Shown: piece after piece, positions 50,101-62,879 of the stretch
Position numbering within the stretch: the stretch's first letter is position 1
Layout: each line of letters starts with the position of its first letter
Assembly: GCF_964355755.1 (NCBI RefSeq)
Contig: NC_092680.1
Span: forward strand, 13,773,045-13,837,044
Reading direction: 5' to 3'
Source of the DNA: Antedon mediterranea
Lineage: Eukaryota; Animalia; Echinodermata
DNA length: 64,000 nt
The notes under the pieces: model-generated
Told to the model about the DNA's origin: nothing
Databases searched by the model: none
Seen by the model: only the letters and a program-made list of their open reading frames with translations
Made by a program: the position numbers and the translations under genes

Positions 50101-52185
50101 TTACACACACTAGGGCAACCAACACCTGGGTTTTGTATGGTGTGCGCACTGTATATAAACTCTGTAGTTTACACACACCAGGGCAACCAACACCTGGGTT
50201 TTGTATGGTGTGCGCACTGTATATAAACTCTGGAGTTTACACACACTAGGGCAACCAACACCTGGGTTTTGTATGGTGTGCGCACTGTATATAAACTCTG
50301 TAGTTTAGACACACTAGGGCAACCAACACCTGGGTTTTGTATGGTGTGCGCACTGTATATAAACTCTGTAGTTTACACACACTAGGGCAACCAACACCTG
50401 GGTTTTGTATGGTGTGCGCACCACTGTATATAAACTCTGTAGTTTACACACACTAGGGAAACCAACACCTGGGTTTTGTATGGTGTGCGCACTGTATATA
50501 AACTCTGTAGTTTACACACACTAGGGCAACCAACACCTGGGTTTTGTATGGTGTGCGCACTGTATATAAACTCTGTAGTTTACACACACTAGGGCAACCA
50601 ACACCTGGGTTTTGTATGGTGTGCGCACTGTATATAAACTCTGTAGTTTACACACACCAGGGCAACCAACACCTGGGTTTTGTATGGTGTGCGCACTGTA
50701 TATAAACTCTGTAGTTTACACACACTAGGGCAACCAACACCTGGGTTTTGTATGGTGTGCACACTGTATATAAACTCTGTAGTTTACACACACTGGGGCA
50801 ACCAACACCTGGGTTTTGTATGGTGTGCACACTGTATATAAACTCTGTAGTTTACACACACTAGGGCAACCAACACCTGGGTTTTGTATGGTGTGCACAC
50901 TGTATATAAACTCTGTAGTTTACACACACTAGGGCAACCAACACCTGGGTTTTGTATGGTGTGCGCACTGTATATAAACTCTGTAGTTTACACACACTAG
51001 GGCAACTAACACCTGGGTTTTGTATGGTGTGCGCACTGTATATAAACTCTGTAGTTTACACACACTAGGGAAACCAACACCTGGGTTTTGTATGGTGTGC
51101 GCACTGCATATAAACTCTGTAGTTTACACAAACTAGGGCAACCAACACCTGGGTTTTTTATGGTGTGCGCACTGTATATAAACTCTGTAGTTTACACACA
51201 CTAGGGCAACCAACACCTGGGTTTTGTATGGTGTGCGCACTGTATATAAACTCTGTAGTTTACACACACCAGGGCAACCAACACCTGGGTTTTGTATGGT
51301 GTGCGCACTGTATATAAACTCTGTAGTTTACACACACTAGGGCAACCAACACCTGGGTTTTGTATGGTGTGCACACTGTATATAAACTCTGTAGTTTACA
51401 CACACTGGGGCAACCAACACCTGGGTTTTGTATGGTGTGCACACTGTATATAAACTCTGTAGTTTACACACACTAGGGCAACCAACACCTGGGTTTTGTA
51501 TGGTGTGCACACTGTATATAAACTCTGTAGTTTACACACACTAGGGCAACCAACACCTGGGTTTTGTATGGTGTGCGCACTGTATATAAACTCTGTAGTT
51601 GACACACACTAGGGCAACCAACACCTGGGTTTTGTATGGTGTGTGCACTGTATATAAACTCTGTAGTTTACACACACTAGGGCAACCAACACCTGGGTTT
51701 TGTATGGTGTGCGCACTGTATATAAACTCTGGAGTTTACACACACTAGGCAACCAACACCTGGGTTTTGTATGGTGTGCGCACTGTATATAAACTCTGTA
51801 GTTTACACACACTAGGGCAACCAACAGCTGGGTTTTGTATGGTGTGTGCACTGTATATAAACTCTGTAGTTTACACACACTAGGGCAACCAACACCTGGG
51901 TTTTGTATGGTGTGCGCACTGTATATAAACTCTGGAATTAACACACACTAGGGCAACCAACACCTGGGTTTTGTATGGTGTGCACACTGTATATAAACTC
52001 TGTAGTTTACACACACTAGGGCATCCAACACCTGGGTTTTGTATGGTGTGCGCACCACTGTATATAAACTCTTATATTTGTAATCAGATAGAATTATGTG
52101 ATATTATATGAATGTTATCTTACCTGTAATCATGTAGCTTTAATGAATCCATAAGATCCTTGTATGTACTGGTACTCGCCTCCAT
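41117..52185 (-). CDS. ANKLE1: Ankyrin repeat and LEM domain-containing protein 1 (GIY-YIG endonuclease), 7 coding exons, about 577 aa
   Basis: Exons 52185-52124, 43811-43656, 43372-43125, 42998-42357, 42114-41795, 41532-41403, 41292-41117 splice in frame (1734 nt). Ankyrin repeats (LLEYGADPN..DGVSPFHLA; EGMTPVMVAASWG..LLANGGDP), a LEM domain (LELVSYGFNPGPITPTTKEIY) and GIY-YIG motifs (FNYLLLDPR, FYIGKGKRGRPYAH, VEAYTREACMVD, LTNVRRGDYYG). The first exon assignment across the 8.3-kb intron is the least certain. Confidence 0.92.
43973..44508. mobile_element. Kolobok-type MITE family B, diverged copy in opposite orientation
   Basis: ttaa|AGTCCCATTCCCTACG ... GTAGGGAATGGGTCT|ttaa, with reverse-complement similarity to 26716-27341. 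Confidence 0.8.
44705..52072. repeat. 68-bp satellite array (about 108 units, 7.4 kb) in the first ANKLE1 coding intron
   Basis: Unit gtttacacacactagggcaaccaacacctgggttttgtatggtgtgcgcactgtatataaactctgta. Higher-order duplications at offsets of 1026 and 612 bp. Confidence 0.97.
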
Positions 52186-53530
52186 TATTGTTGTATTTAA
52201 AAAACTGCAAAGACTAAAATTATACACAGTATTAAATCATATGTAAAAAAGTGATCCTTATATTATTTTAAGATACAAAGACAAAATGCAAATCATTTGC
52301 AAAAAAATAAATTTCTCAGATGGTCTTGTTTTGAACAAATATATGCTGGTCACACATTTTTTTTATTATTACTATTTGAAGGGAGAGGTGTAGTAAAAAT
52401 GTATTTGTTTATTAAATTTATTAATTGTATAAAAACAGTTATGGAAACCAGGAATTTGCAAGTACTGTAATTTATTATTTACTATATAAAATAGGAATAA
52501 ATTGCCGATACGATTAGCCTGTAGTAGTAGCTTGCAACACGACACATAATACTAATGTAAACATATATGGCGGTTAGAATAAATAATAATAATAATAACA
52601 TATCATTTAAATTCATGATTGTTTCTAAATTGATTAAATTAAAACCAGGTTTAAAACTTAATATTAATAAATAGCATAAAAATGTATTAAAGTAAACACA
52701 GAAAATCATTTATATTTATCATTTATTTGGCCTACTAGAGTGGGGTTGTCAGACCCAGAAAATGTGGTCCCGATCATCTTCAGAATTGGGCCCGATCGTC
52801 TCATGGAAAGACAACTTGCAACATATGTTTTCTGCGTAATTCATAATCTCCTGTCCTATTAATGTAGCGCGCTAAAATTGAGGTTTTATTGTTGGAAATA
52901 TCTATACATCATATTTTGTGAAATTAACACTTTAAATTGACAGGTCTTGTTAGGTCTTGGTAGGCCTAGGTCTTGGTATTTAGGAGGACCCCAAACTTTC
53001 TGTTTGTAATAAGTATTTAATTCAATTTAAAACCTACTAGGCTTATGTTTAAAATTATCTAGGCCTACGGTCAGTCTAATTACCGAAAACAACCATAAAC
53101 AACCAAAAACGAACCGAATACAAACCGAAAACAAAATAATCTAAATACCGAAAACAAATTTGTATAATATTTGTTTAATGTTGCCCTCTATTGATGGGTG
53201 TTTCTAAAGCTAAGAGGTCCATAGCCAAGGAAGACCCTACGAAATGGTAGTGTGCACAAAATACAACTAAAATCGTACAATCAATCAATGATAACATCGC
53301 ATTTACTTACAGAATCTATACAAATATTTCAATTTTAGTCATTCGATTTTTGATCCAGAAACCAAGGCATTTTACTCCTCACAATAATTGAATACTTTAA
53401 TCCATAGTATAGAAAGTAAATTTACTATGGTTAATCATGATCAATTTAATTATAGATTTTCAAAGATAATAAAACAAAAATGATATTTTTAAGAATATTG
53501 ATAATATTAGGGACTATAAAGTTTACTTAA

Positions 53531-54921
53531 AGACCCCTTCCCTGCAATTTTGGACGTTTTTTGGAAAATACAGTCGACTCCGCCTAAGTCGAATTCGCGT
53601 AAGTCGAAAAATCGCGAAAGTCGAATTTTTAGGAAAGTCCCAATTCTTTCCTATACATTACTGTGTAATTTTTATTTCTAAGTCGAATTTTTCTAAGTCG
53701 AAATTCGTCTAAGTCGACGTCTTTTTGCGGTCCGAATACACACATTCTTTAGTGATTTATATCGTATAAGTCGAAGTCACAAATTACGCGGCAACAACGC
53801 GTTAAAAAAGCCGATGAAACGTACGTAATTCGATAAACAAACAACAGAGGGGAAAATGTGGGACCAGATCGGTTCTCTCAAGCAGGTTGTATAGTATAGG
53901 CGGCGTCCTACAACTCGCGCTAGTGTAGTGTATGAGTTGTTTCAGAGTTGAGAACTTGAGCGGCGTTTTGTAGGTACCTATTTTGTGCTAGACAGATGGC
54001 AATAAACAATAGATACCGATTTCGAATAAGAACCGAAATGTATTTATTATACGTTTTTGTATTGTTTCGGAAAAATACAGTTTATCATTGTCGATAAAGA
54101 GGCTTAGCATTTATTAGGCCTACAGATAGCTAGCTAAGCAAATTCAATTCAAGAAGGCTCATCGCGTGGGCCGCGATCGCGACAGGATAGGGTCCACTAC
54201 TAGGCCTAGCCATAGCGCAGCTAGTGAGTGAGCCTAGGCCTAGCTTTTTTTTTGGGGAAATCTGTAAGTCGAAGTTCGCGTAACTCGAATTTTTATACCG
54301 GTCCCATTAGATTCGACTTAGGCGGAGTCGACTGTAATACATATATATCACTTTAAAAACATTAAACCATGTCATTCCTTGTCTTAAATGTACGTTTTAT
54401 GGTAAATTATGATAAAAAGTGAGAAACAATGCACTACCTAGTAGCTCGCGGCGATCGACCTCTCGTGGACGGTCTTAGGCCTAGCCTAGCTAGGCTTAGT
54501 TTCGTAGGCCTAGCTAGTAAACATCGGTAACGTACGAACATCGTACGTTAGCTATATACCTAGCCTGACGTTGTATAGTTGCTGCATTAATTGTCTTTCT
54601 ATTTTTGCCAGACTCCGTTGATACAAATTGGGGAAAACCCAGTATTTTCGCTGAAAAGTTAGGAGTCTTCCATTTGTTTTGGCTTCACGATCGATCGAAA
54701 AGTGGGCGAATTACAGGTGAAAAACAAAAATATAAATCCGCGCGCAATGCATTTTGGGATTTATAGCGGGCCGCTATAATTATTAGAATCGACTTATTTT
54801 TCACATTTTTAACCGTTTAAAGACGAAAAAAGTTATCGCAATAGGACCATATAGTATTATTTTTACATTAAATATAGTTTGTGATCTTAAATTAGATCTA
54901 AAAAACGTAGGGAAGGGGGCT
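53531..54921. mobile_element. Kolobok-type MITE family B, copy 2 (interrupted)
   Basis: ttaa|AGACCCCTTCCCTGC ... GTAGGGAAGGGGGCT|ttaa. Confidence 0.85.
53571..54334. mobile_element. Tc1/mariner (pogo/Tigger-like) MITE with TA TSD
   Basis: ta|CAGTCGACTCCGCCTAAGTCGAA ... TTCGACTTAGGCGGAGTCGACTG|ta, a perfect 23-bp TIR with multiple subterminal TAAGTCGAA repeats. The empty site is visible at about 26750. Confidence 0.9.
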
Positions 54922-55977
54922 TTAAAACAAGCTCACGATAAAGGATTCACAATAAAATCTATGCAGTAAAATTACCGTAGTCGAGTAAATGAATGAATGA
55001 GTCGAGTGACGAAAACCGGGGACAAAAACGCAAAGTTTGGTAAAATCATGCTTTGTTTTTTAATAGACTAAAAACTAAAAATGTGTTTATAGATTTTGTA
55101 AGTGAATGTAGTCTACGGTGTATTTCATTGAATTTGTACGATTTTGAGTTGTACAGTATTTTGTGCACACTACCATTTCTTAGGGTCTTCCTTGGCTTTT
55201 GCGCGCGCGGTTTTCTCTCTGTATGGTCTTAGCTTGATTAACACCTATCAATAGTAGGGGACATTAAAAAAAATATTATACAAATTTGTTTTCAGTATTT
55301 AGATTTTTTTATTTTGTTTTCGGTAATTAGACTGGCCCCTAGGCCTATATAATTATAAAGGTTTGGTCTTAGGTTTCGTGAACTTAGGTCTTATTAATTA
55401 ACTTATTAATTAGTTAGTAGGTTTCGTGATCAATAGGTTTCGTGACACCCCAGCCAACCTGTCTGTATCTGGCCTAGTAGTAGGCCTATCTATCTAGGCC
55501 TACTTAGTAATAGTAGGCTATACTCCTAGCTAGCCTAGGCCTACTAGCTACAGGTAGTACTACTCTAGCTAGCTAGTAGGTTATTACTCTACTGGAATAG
55601 AGATATAGCCTAGGCGGATTACGGTCATGTCGGCGGATTAGGCTAGCCCCGGGCCCGGCCCTAGTCTAGGGCCAGGCTCAGTCTAGTCTAGACTAGGCCT
55701 AGCCTAGCTAGGCTAGCCTAAACTACTCTAAGGCTAGGCTAGCTAGTTTCGTATCGTACCACCCTTCTTAAATTACTAAAAATTGTTTTTAATACTTCAT
55801 CTAACCTACTAAATGGGTTGTCGATATTTAGGCCTATTTAAAATAAAGGAACACATCTCCACCTTATTCAATATCAGTTTCTTGAAAATCATCTTCGTCG
55901 CCGCCGCCCCGTCATAAAAAAACAAGGTTTGTAATAATTGAGCGCGGGCGCGCTAATCTATCTTGCGGGCGCTATAC

Positions 55978-56591
55978 AATCTAATATATATGGCTCTGTA
56001 TAATAGATCAGAGCCATATATGGCTCTGTAATAGATCAGAGCCATCATATATCCCATCCGAGACATTACGCGGACCAGGCTGTTAGCGTTACGGTTAGGC
56101 AATTTGGTTTTGACAAGCAATTACTGTCAGTGCTTTGTTATAAGTTATTGTGATTTTATTGCCCTGGAGTGTCATTTGAGCCACAAGTTCTAACTACAAG
56201 TCCTGCCCACTGAGATGATTCGCATGGAAGAGCTTGAGTCATCCTCTTAAGTTTGGCCTTGATGACCTTTGCGCAGGCTACCTATCTAATATATATGGCT
56301 CTGTAATAGATCAGAGTCATATATGGCTCTGTAATAGATCAGAGCCATCATATTATATCCTATCCGAGACATTACGCGGACCAGGCTGTTAACGTTACGG
56401 TTAGACAATTTGGTTTTGACAAGCAATTACTGTCAGTGCTTTGATTTTATTGCCCTGGAGTGTCATTTGAGCCACAAGTTCTAACTACAAGTCCTGCCCA
56501 CTGGAGGTTGGTCTAACCTGAGATGATTCGCATGGAAGAGCTTGAGTCATCCTCTTAAGTTTGGCCTTGATGACCTTTGCGCAGGCTACCT
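55978..56591. repeat. Tandem duplication of a unit of about 305 bp with ATGGCTCTG..CAGAGCCAT hairpins
   Basis: 55978-56283 and 56284-56591 are near identical and both end in gcgcaggctacct. Confidence 0.85.
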
Positions 56592-57067
56592 AGAATTCTC
56601 AAGGGCCATTAAATATTCAGTTTCAACTTTTAGATTTTATGTGCTTTGAGACTTTGTTGAGCATTTCTTTAAATGTCTATAGGCCTACTACAGTACATAA
56701 TAAAGATAAAGATAAGAACAATAATGCAATATACATTGAGATATAAATTATGTAAAATAAACCATAAGGATTAATACAATAAACTACAAATAGCCAATTT
56801 TTAAGTTTTAATGGAAAAAAATGATTGACTTATGAAAGAACCCTAAAATAAACATAACAATCGGATAACCAATTTAAATTAATACACATTAAAAAGTTTC
56901 ATCATCATGTAAATAATTATCTTAAATTAAAAATGAAAGATATATTTAGGTTAACAAATTGAATATAATATGTTTCCTTTTTTCTTATAACTCTTGAAAA
57001 GTAATGTTACCTGTTATCTGCCAGAGTCACATGTTCTGACCCTTTCCTTTATTTGATAAGTGTGTAT

Positions 57068-60000
57068 GTTTTTTACCCTGCCACTGTTTTAGTACAACCG
57101 GGAGTACAACACAATTTTGTGTACCCTGCCACTGTTTTGTATCTCTGCCACCGTTTTTGTATCCCTGCAATCTTCTTTTTTCCCAGAAACTTTGTATACA
57201 ACACAAGTTTTTGTATCCTAGACCACTGCTTGGTCGTACCGTCTCTGTTTGTGTACCCTGACACCGTTTTTGTACCCTGCCACTGTTTTTGTACCCTGCC
57301 ACCGTTTTTGTACCCTGCTACTGTTTTTGTACCATGCCCCAGTTTTTGTACCCAGCTGCCATCGTGTTTAACCTGCCACTGTTTTTGTACCCTGTCTCTG
57401 TTTTTGTACCCTGACACCGTTTTTGTTCCCTGCCACTGTTTTTTTACCCTGCCACCGTTTTTGTACCCTGCCACTGTTTTTGTACCCTGCCACCATTTTT
57501 GTACCCTGCCACTGTTTGTGTACCTTGCCACTGTTTTTGTACCCTGCCACTGTTTTTATACCCTGTCACCATTTTTGTACCCTGCCACTGTTTTGTACCC
57601 TGCGACTGTTTTTATAGCCTGCAACCGTTTTTGTACCCTGCCACCGTTTTTGTATCCCTGCCACCGTTTTTGTACCACTGTCATCGTCTTTTTTCCCAGA
57701 CACTTTGTATACAACACAAGTTTTTGTACCCTAGACCACTGCTTGTCATACCCTGTCTCTGTTTTTGTACCCTGATACCGTTTTTGTACCATGTCACCGT
57801 TTTTGTACCCTGCCACTATTTTTGTACATTGCCACTATTTTTGTACATTGCCACTGTTTTTGTACCCATCTGCCATCGTTTTTGTACCCTGCCACCGTTT
57901 TTGTACCCTGCAACTGTTTATGTACCCAGCTGCCATCGATTTTGTACCCTGCCACTGTTTTTGTACCCTGCCACCGTTTTTGTACCCTGCCACTGTTTGT
58001 GTACCTTGCCACTGTTTATGTATCCTGCGACTGTTTTGTACCCTGCTGCCATCGTTTTTGTACCCTGCCATCGTTTTTGTACCCTGCCACCGTTTTTGTA
58101 CCCTGCCACTGTTTTTGTACCCAGCTGCCATCGTTTTTGTACCCTTCCACCAGGGGATTCCAGCCTTTAAAACACTGCCTGACATACACAGATATTTTAA
58201 GTCATTTTGTGAAAGATATACTTTCCCATTAAATTTAATAAATGGAATATCACAACCACTAAGTATTTATTCCTGTATAAGGTCAGCAATCAGATTTCCC
58301 GCGAACTATTGTATAAAATCAGTGACGCTATTTTTGTAAACTGCCACCGTTTTTGTACCCTGCCACTGTTTTTGTACCCAGCTGCCATCGTTTTTGTACC
58401 CTGCCATCGTTTTTGTACCCTGCCACTGTTTTTGTACCCTGCCACTGTTTTTGTTCCCTGCCGCTGTTTTTGTACCCTGCCACCGTTTTTGTACCCTGCT
58501 ACTGTTTTTGTACCCAGCTGACATCGTGTTTGTACCCTGCCACTATTTTTGTACCCTGTCTCTGTTTTTGTACCCTGACACCGTTTTTGTTCCCTGCCAC
58601 TGTTTTTGTACCCTGCCACTGTTTTTGTACCCTGCCACCATTTTTGTACCCTGCCACTGTTTGTGTACCTTGCCACTATTTTTGTACCCTGCCACTGTTT
58701 TTATACCCTGCCACCATTTTTGTACCCTGCCACTGTTTTGTACCCTGCCACTGTTTTTATAGCCTGCAACCGTTTTTGTACCCTGCCACCGTTTTTGTAT
58801 CCCTGCCACCGTTTTTGTACCACTGTCATCGTCTTTTTTCCCAGACACTTTGTATACAACACAAAGTTTTTGTACCCTGCTACTGTTTTTGTACCATGCC
58901 CCAGTTTTTGTACCCAGCTGACATCGTGTTTGTACCCTGCCACTGTTTTTGTACCCTGTCTCTGATTTTGTGCCCTGACACCGTTTTTGTTCCCTGCCAC
59001 TGTTTTTGTAACCTGCCACCGTTTTTGTACCCTGCCACCGTTTTTGTACCCTGCCACTGTTTTTGTACCCTGCCACCATTTTTGTACCCTGCCACTGTTT
59101 GTGTACCTTGCCACTGTTTTTTTACCCTGCCACTGTTTTTATACCCTGCCACCATTTTTGTACCCTGCCACTGTTTTGTACCCTATGACTGTTTTTATAG
59201 CCTGCAACCGTTTTTGTACCCTGCCACCGTTTTTGTATCCCTGCCACCGTTTTTGTACCACTGTCATCGTCTTTTTTCCCAGACACTTTGTATACAACAC
59301 AAGTTTTTGTACCCTGCTACTGTTTTTGTACCATGCCCCAGTTTTTGTACCCAGCTGACATCGTGTTTGTACCCTGCCACTGTTTTTGTACCCTGTCTCT
59401 GTTTTTTTGTACCCTGACACCCTTTTTGTTCCCTGCCACTGTTTTTGTACCCTGCCACCGTTTTTGTACCCTGCCACTGTTTTTGTACCCTGCCACCATT
59501 TTTGTACCCTGCCACTGTTTGTGTACCTTGCCACTGTTTTTGTACCCTGCCACTGTTTTTATACCCTGCCACCATTTTTGTACCCTGCCACTGTTTTTAT
59601 ACCCTGCCACCATTTTTGTACCCTGCCACTGTTTTGTACCCTGCGACTGTTTTTATAGCCTGCAACCGTTTTTGTACCCTGCCACCGTTTTTGTACCACT
59701 GTCATCGTCTTTTTTCCCAGACACTTTGTATACAACACAAGTTTTTGTACCCTAGACCACTGCTTGTCATACCCTGTCTCTGTTTTTGTACCCTGATACC
59801 GTTTTTGTACCATGTCACCGTTTTTGTACCCTGCCACTATTTTTGTACATTGCCACTATTTTTGTACATTGCCACTGTTTTTGTACCCATCTGCCATCGT
59901 TTTTGTACCCTGCCACCGTTTTTGTACCCTGCAACTGTTTATGTACCCAGCTGCCATCGATTTTGTACCCTGCCACTGTTTTTGTACCCTGCCACCGTTT

Positions 60001-61165
60001 TTGTACCCTGCCACTGTTTGTGTACCTTGCCACTGTTTATGTACCCTGCGACTGTTTTGTACCCTGCTGCCATCGTTTTTGTACCCTGCCATCGTTTTTG
60101 TACCCTGCCACCGTTTTTGTACCCTGCCACTGTTTTTGTACCCAGCTGCCAACGTTTTTGTACCCTTCCACCAGGGGATTCCAGCCTTTAAAACACTGCC
60201 TGACATACACAGATATTTTAAGTCATTTTGTGAAAGATATACTTTCCCATTAAATTTAATAAATGGAATATCACAACCACTAAGTATTTATTCCTGTATA
60301 AGGTCAGCAATCAGATTTCCCGCGAACTATTGTATAAAATCAGTGACGCTGTTTTTGTACACTGCCACCGTTTTTGTACCCTGCCACCGTTTTTGTACCC
60401 TGCCACTGTTTTTGTACCCAGCTGCCATCGTTTTTGTACCCTGCCATCGTTTTTGTACCCTGCCACCGTTTTTGTACCCTGCCACTGTTTTTGTACCCTG
60501 CCACCGTTTTTGTATCCTGCCACCGTTTTTGTACCCTGTCACTGTTTTTTTACCCAGCTGCTATCGTTTTTGTACCCTGCCACCGTTTTTGTACCCTGCC
60601 ACCATTTTTATACCCTCCACTGTTTTTGTACCCTGCTCATTTTTTTTTACCCAACTGCCATCGTTTTTGTACCCTGCCACCGTTTTTGTACCCTGCCACT
60701 ATTTCTGTACCCTGCCACTGTTTTTGTACCCATCTGCTATCGTTTTTGTACCCTGCCACCGTTTTTGTACCCTGTCACCGTTTTTGTACCCTGCCACTGT
60801 TTTTGTACCCTGCTACTGTTTCTGTACCCAGCTGCCATCTATTTTGTACCTTGTCACCGTTTTTGTACCCTGCCACTGTTTTTGTACCCTGCTACTGTTT
60901 TTGTACCCTGCTACTGTTTTTGTACCCAGCTGCCATCGATTTTGTACCCTGCCACTGTTTTTGTACCACCCTGCTACCGTTTTTGTACCCTGTCACTGTT
61001 TGTGTACTCTGCCACTGTTTTTGTACCCTGCCACTGTTTTTATACCCTGCCACCGTTTTTGTACCCAGTCAATGTTTTTGTACAAAACAATTTTTTTTTT
61101 ACTAATTTTTTGTACCCAGAAACTGTTTTTGTATCCTGCCACTGTTTTTCTTGTCATTGTATTTT
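57068..61165. repeat. 19-bp satellite array (about 4.1 kb) with a 2021-bp higher-order duplication and unique spacers
   Basis: Unit tttttgtaccctgccactg. The ORF pairs 57765/59786 and 57835/59856 are offset by 2021. A non-repeat spacer of about 175 bp occurs at 58150-58326 and 60171-60347. Confidence 0.95.
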
Positions 61166-62879
61166 AATGTTGTCATCGTTTTATAACAATTTTATACAAT
61201 GTAAAATAGAACAAAATACGTGATAATTGCAAATAAATATAATTTCAATTTCAATTTAATTTTATTTCCACAATATAATAACATACATACAGGATAATAA
61301 ATTCATTGAAGTAATCATGTGGAGAGAGAGTCATAATAGCGCATGCAGCAAGTCAGATTTTCTGATCCTCCACAATGAATCTTCCGAGAAAGATCTTTTA
61401 TTGATTTTCGATGCGCTTCCATTCAATTTTAAAATCGCTTTGAGGCCTGCCGCCTCAATCCATCAAGAGGAATGGTGGGGGATATTTGAACTCCATGGTA
61501 TATCTGGCTTAGGCCTAACCCTTTTGCAATTAATTCTTTCTAATAGTTCTGTTGTACATTTTCTTCCAGGTCTTTTAATTTCAACCACGGGCTCGTCGTT
61601 TATATTATCAAGTAGACGGTCATTGATCTCGTATAAAATCGCGTAGAGTTATCAAATTTAAATTGTGTTCATTTCGGGGTTCATTTGTATCAATTATGTA
61701 TGTTTGTTGCTGCTGTACATTGTCTACAAGATGTCCACCACCCAACAACAGGTGAATAAAACATGAAACACTATATGCTTTCGTGATATATTTATAGCAC
61801 TGTTCGGAAGTACTCATGATTGACTATAGTCTATCAATCCATTTTGTTCCCAAAATCGATCAAAGGGCTTCCAGCCTTTAAAACGCTGCCTGATGACATA
61901 CGAAGATATTTTAAGTCATTTTGTGAAAGATATATACTTTCCCATTAAATTTAATAAATTGAATATCACACGGCCATCCCAATTCCCTAGCAAAACTATT
62001 GTTCATGTTTAAAAGTATTTATTTAATGTGTCTGTAGTTCTAGTTAAATTGCTTTGCTTTGCAAAAAGCAGCATTGAGAAATATTTAGATTTTTTTTTTT
62101 TCATTTCATTTCATTTATTTCAATATCATTATCGCAGCGTTAGCTGAATTACAAAGATATTTACATTTGTTCAATATTAAAATTTGTAAAAAAGTATAAA
62201 ACCAATGATAAAAAAATATAAAAAAGGAGGAAATTTACACAAGAAATACAATACAGGAACATTCAAAAAGTTAGCTTATATTATAAACAACCACTAAAGT
62301 ATTTATTCCTGTAAAAGGTCAGAAATCAAATTTCCCGCAAACTATTGTATAAAATCAGTGACCTATCTAATAGTAAATTGATTGGTTAATACCCAGTCAG
62401 TGAGGACCTGATTGACAAGCAGTGCCTGTTTGCTATTGGTCATTGGTAAGATGAAGTTGAAAATGGACAGCAAGTTATTCTAACACTTGCAGTCTTAAAT
62501 AAACACGCTGGCATTTTTATTACACCACAGAGTATTATTCCTGTCAACTTATACCACAATTGACATGTTGAGGGGATAGGTCATCCACTGATTCAGTGGA
62601 TGCCAAACGTAACGCTAAAGTAGCCTGGTCCGCGTAATGAATACAGAACAGACACTGAGAAAAATATTAGCCGATATCAAGGTTCCCGGGCACGCTAACA
62701 TTCAATTTATACATTGTCTACCAACAAATGGGAATAACCCCCAGTAGCCCATGGGCTGAAGGGGGTTACCGTGCATTCCCCACACAGTTAAACTTCTTTG
62801 GTATCATTTTATTCCCACGGACATACATATAGAGTGAAAAAATCGATGTTAACAAGAAAAATATAGGGATGCATTGTAT

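Larger units (their letters stand above)
53068..55339. mobile_element. Long-TIR (about 280 bp) DNA element hosting two nested MITEs
   Basis: 53068-53340 is an imperfect inverted repeat of about 55065-55339 (cagtctaattaccgaaaacaa; agccaaggaagaccct.cgaaatggtagtgtgcacaaaatac). Both ends are flanked by taggccta. Confidence 0.7.

Noticed and set aside
44621-51944. Dozens of 60-134 aa ORFs, and a superficially CRISPR-like regular array
   Set aside because: These are translations of the 68-bp satellite. Units are contiguous with no unique spacers, there are no cas genes, and the context is eukaryotic.
57027-61223. Long Cys/Pro-rich ORFs (up to 451 aa) resembling metallothionein or keratin-associated proteins
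   Set aside because: A stop-free 19-bp unit opens all frames on both strands, and indels ignore codon phase.
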